Source: Planctomycetota bacterium (lineage in GTDB: Bacteria > Planctomycetota > Phycisphaerae > Phycisphaerales > UBA1924). Taken from it: a stretch of DNA of 64,000 bases. The notes below the pieces were generated by a model. That model saw nothing but the letters and a program-made list of their open reading frames with translations. It made no database searches and had not been told where the DNA came from. The position numbers and the translations under genes are program-made. The stretch lies in assembly GCA_024275365.1 (NCBI GenBank), contig JAJRZG010000157.1, forward strand, positions 18-64,017, in the 5' to 3' direction. Within the stretch, counting starts at the first letter, position 1; each line of letters opens with the position of its first letter. Shown here in pieces: positions 63,501-64,000 of this stretch.

Positions 63501-64000
63501 CGTACAACGCGATCGCACACTGCACGGATCATGTCGTCAGCCAACTGAGGAAGCCGACCTGGCAGAACAGATTCACGAATCTGATTTCTGAATGTCTGCA
63601 TCATCTCCTCAAAGATGATGCCGTTTGGAAGCATGAGCAAGATCGGCAGATTTTCCCGCACATCCTGAGGAGTGCGTAACCTCTCCTGCTCTGCAAGGTG
63701 CTCAAGAAACTTCGTAACATGCAGTGTGGCCGATGAAAGCTGCGCAGGATTGCAGCAGACCATCTGCAACTCCGGCACACCGTTGAGCGTCTCGGCTTCG
63801 AGCAGATTTGAGAAGATCCTGCCCTTGAGACCGAGCGTGTGGACCTCGCCGTTATCCTCGATGAGCAGCGATCGTTTCGCCTTGAGTTGCCGCGTGATGC
63901 CCCCGCCGCCGCGCCCGATAAAGCACTCGGCCTTGGTGTGCCAGAGGAATGCCACACCCAGTGACCCGGGGGGATGAACGCCGATCTCACCTCTGTTCAG
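60584..64000 (-). CDS. three-domain fusion: ketopantoate-reductase-like oxidoreductase + DUF2889-like domain + AMP-forming acyl-CoA synthetase (FAA1/COG1022-like); 5' end outside window
   Basis: The frame stays open upstream of the GTG at 63955 to the window edge. N-terminal LMLPNGIIFEE...IEFDKAMISIVLNVGGL (ApbA/PanE-like). Middle VGGRVGGSHIKELANN (DUF2889-like; from memory). C-terminal YTSGTTGPPKGV, GWGLTETS, WFRTGDLG, GRKDGTFKLTTGEKV. Confidence 0.75.
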   Translation of the reverse strand: MNRGEIGVHPPGSLGVAFLWHTKAECFIGRGGGGITRQLKAKRSLLIEDNGEVHTLGLKGRIFSNLLEAETLNGVPELQMVCCNPAQLSSATLHVTKFLEHLAEQERLRTPQDVRENLPILLMLPNGIIFEEMMQTFRNQIRESVLPGRLPQLADDMIRAVCDRVVRGVALQAGTRRGTGTEAVYVIEGKGRIICAGGGDAERDRIISILSERDYPCENIADATGARIEFDKAMISIVLNVGGLIHVVNPDGSLNDLRMGDLCADPSKREFVDEITRAVFEVGRWCGAYTAEDAYDSVWAGGQAIIRKSAGHITSSLKTFRDALDHDLKSVRLMPTEEWLLTPLRRYARQAGLKREESLFELLEHRVQESMARAIRLRHRDAEKANGGYASMKLMSQRNINIELYELGKEELVCIGTMLDSHHLIKLEICINVEDEQIVRSKLEMIRSPFPVCKEVEAAAHRLIGLRIERGVVHEIAARVGGRVGGSHIKELANNIVYLAASHLLQHRSGLVNLATEQFVPTDLQFQRTRTLLRDSCLAYCQSTPHGLDESIGIQRVGEEHTNTIALGEYEDSLGIVLVDRAERWGEKPYLRYLDGETEVVMSWTEFRDRIFRVAAHLIARGIRPGDRICFVCENSAWMYILELATMIIGAITVPVFAGHRPAQVAYVIQHSRPRLVIVSGKHQLDKIDRGACGSVNEFFSIEGCKKCVQWGATPIAELGGPGGASEQAVLERIHAVRPDDQCVLMYTSGTTGPPKGVRLCHKNLISQQKALSLIWDVGEHDIFLTYLPWHHSFGALFERFMSLYTGAQICLSDSQGSDTDRLIENWKLFDPTIFFSVPRVHDMLITRCREDTKVERVVFGGRLRFVFTAAASLPAHVESAYREHRIGVREGWGLTETSPCAAITSGTEAWRSGFVGFPIPGVSIRIDASQEILIKGPNVMLGYYEDEEATAHVIDADGWFRTGDLGEFTPDGLKILGRKDGTFKLTTGEKVLTQRIENTITNESPFVRQAVVVGSGKDYVGAIIYPDRSRLKEWIASRGITASSAQEGKAIKELFASELERINPMLEQSYTRIRRLILANREPSLEKGELTPSAKIVRKKVLDVFRSELEEMFETNPGESVIEVRTEKPQRMSRGIE

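Overview
This is a 64-kb segment of a high-GC bacterial chromosome. The gene content includes Lnt, a eukaryote-type UDP-GlcNAc pyrophosphorylase, HEAT and FG-GAP/dockerin-tail proteins, an HDOD signalling protein and many short GC-rich palindromic repeats. That mix looks most like a Planctomycetota/PVC-type genome, but this is inference only.

Positions 1-34.4 kb are mostly housekeeping. They carry an acyl-CoA mutase fragment, tRNA-Asp, lnt, accD, rpe, ugd, a polyprenyl synthase, tyrS, recO, a hotdog-ACP-hotdog trio, ispA-dxs-nadK, a Na+/H+ antiporter, sixA, two tRNA-Ser genes, rpoZ and coaC. Among these sit lineage-specific membrane and repeat proteins and at least five families of short palindromic repeats, two of which lie in frame inside CDSs.

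From tRNA-Ser(CGA) at 34.3 kb to the right edge the window is one accessory catabolic block in two modules.

(i) 34.5-49 kb is an N-heterocycle/purine-type module. It has a three-subunit xanthine-dehydrogenase-family enzyme, two fold-type-II PLP enzymes, a fused FeS+Mo XdhD-like hydroxylase, an SsnA-like amidohydrolase, an M20 decarbamoylase, a CN-hydrolase and a YgfK homologue that lacks the flavin/NAD(P)H module.

(ii) 49.2->64 kb is a CoA-thioester ring-reduction module. It has glutaryl-CoA dehydrogenase, a hemerythrin-like protein, an orphan BCR/HAD-family subunit, a four-gene two-ATPase benzoyl-CoA-reductase-like enzyme in bzdNOPQ order, a reversed HAD-ECH fusion, a thiolase and a three-domain acyl-CoA synthetase fusion.

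GC content, judged by eye, drops from about 62-66% to about 47-57% after about 40.8 kb. I saw no CRISPR array, integrase, transposase or recognisable defence system. The two-module island is the most interesting candidate for an undescribed pathway, but every functional call rests on motif recognition without database searches.
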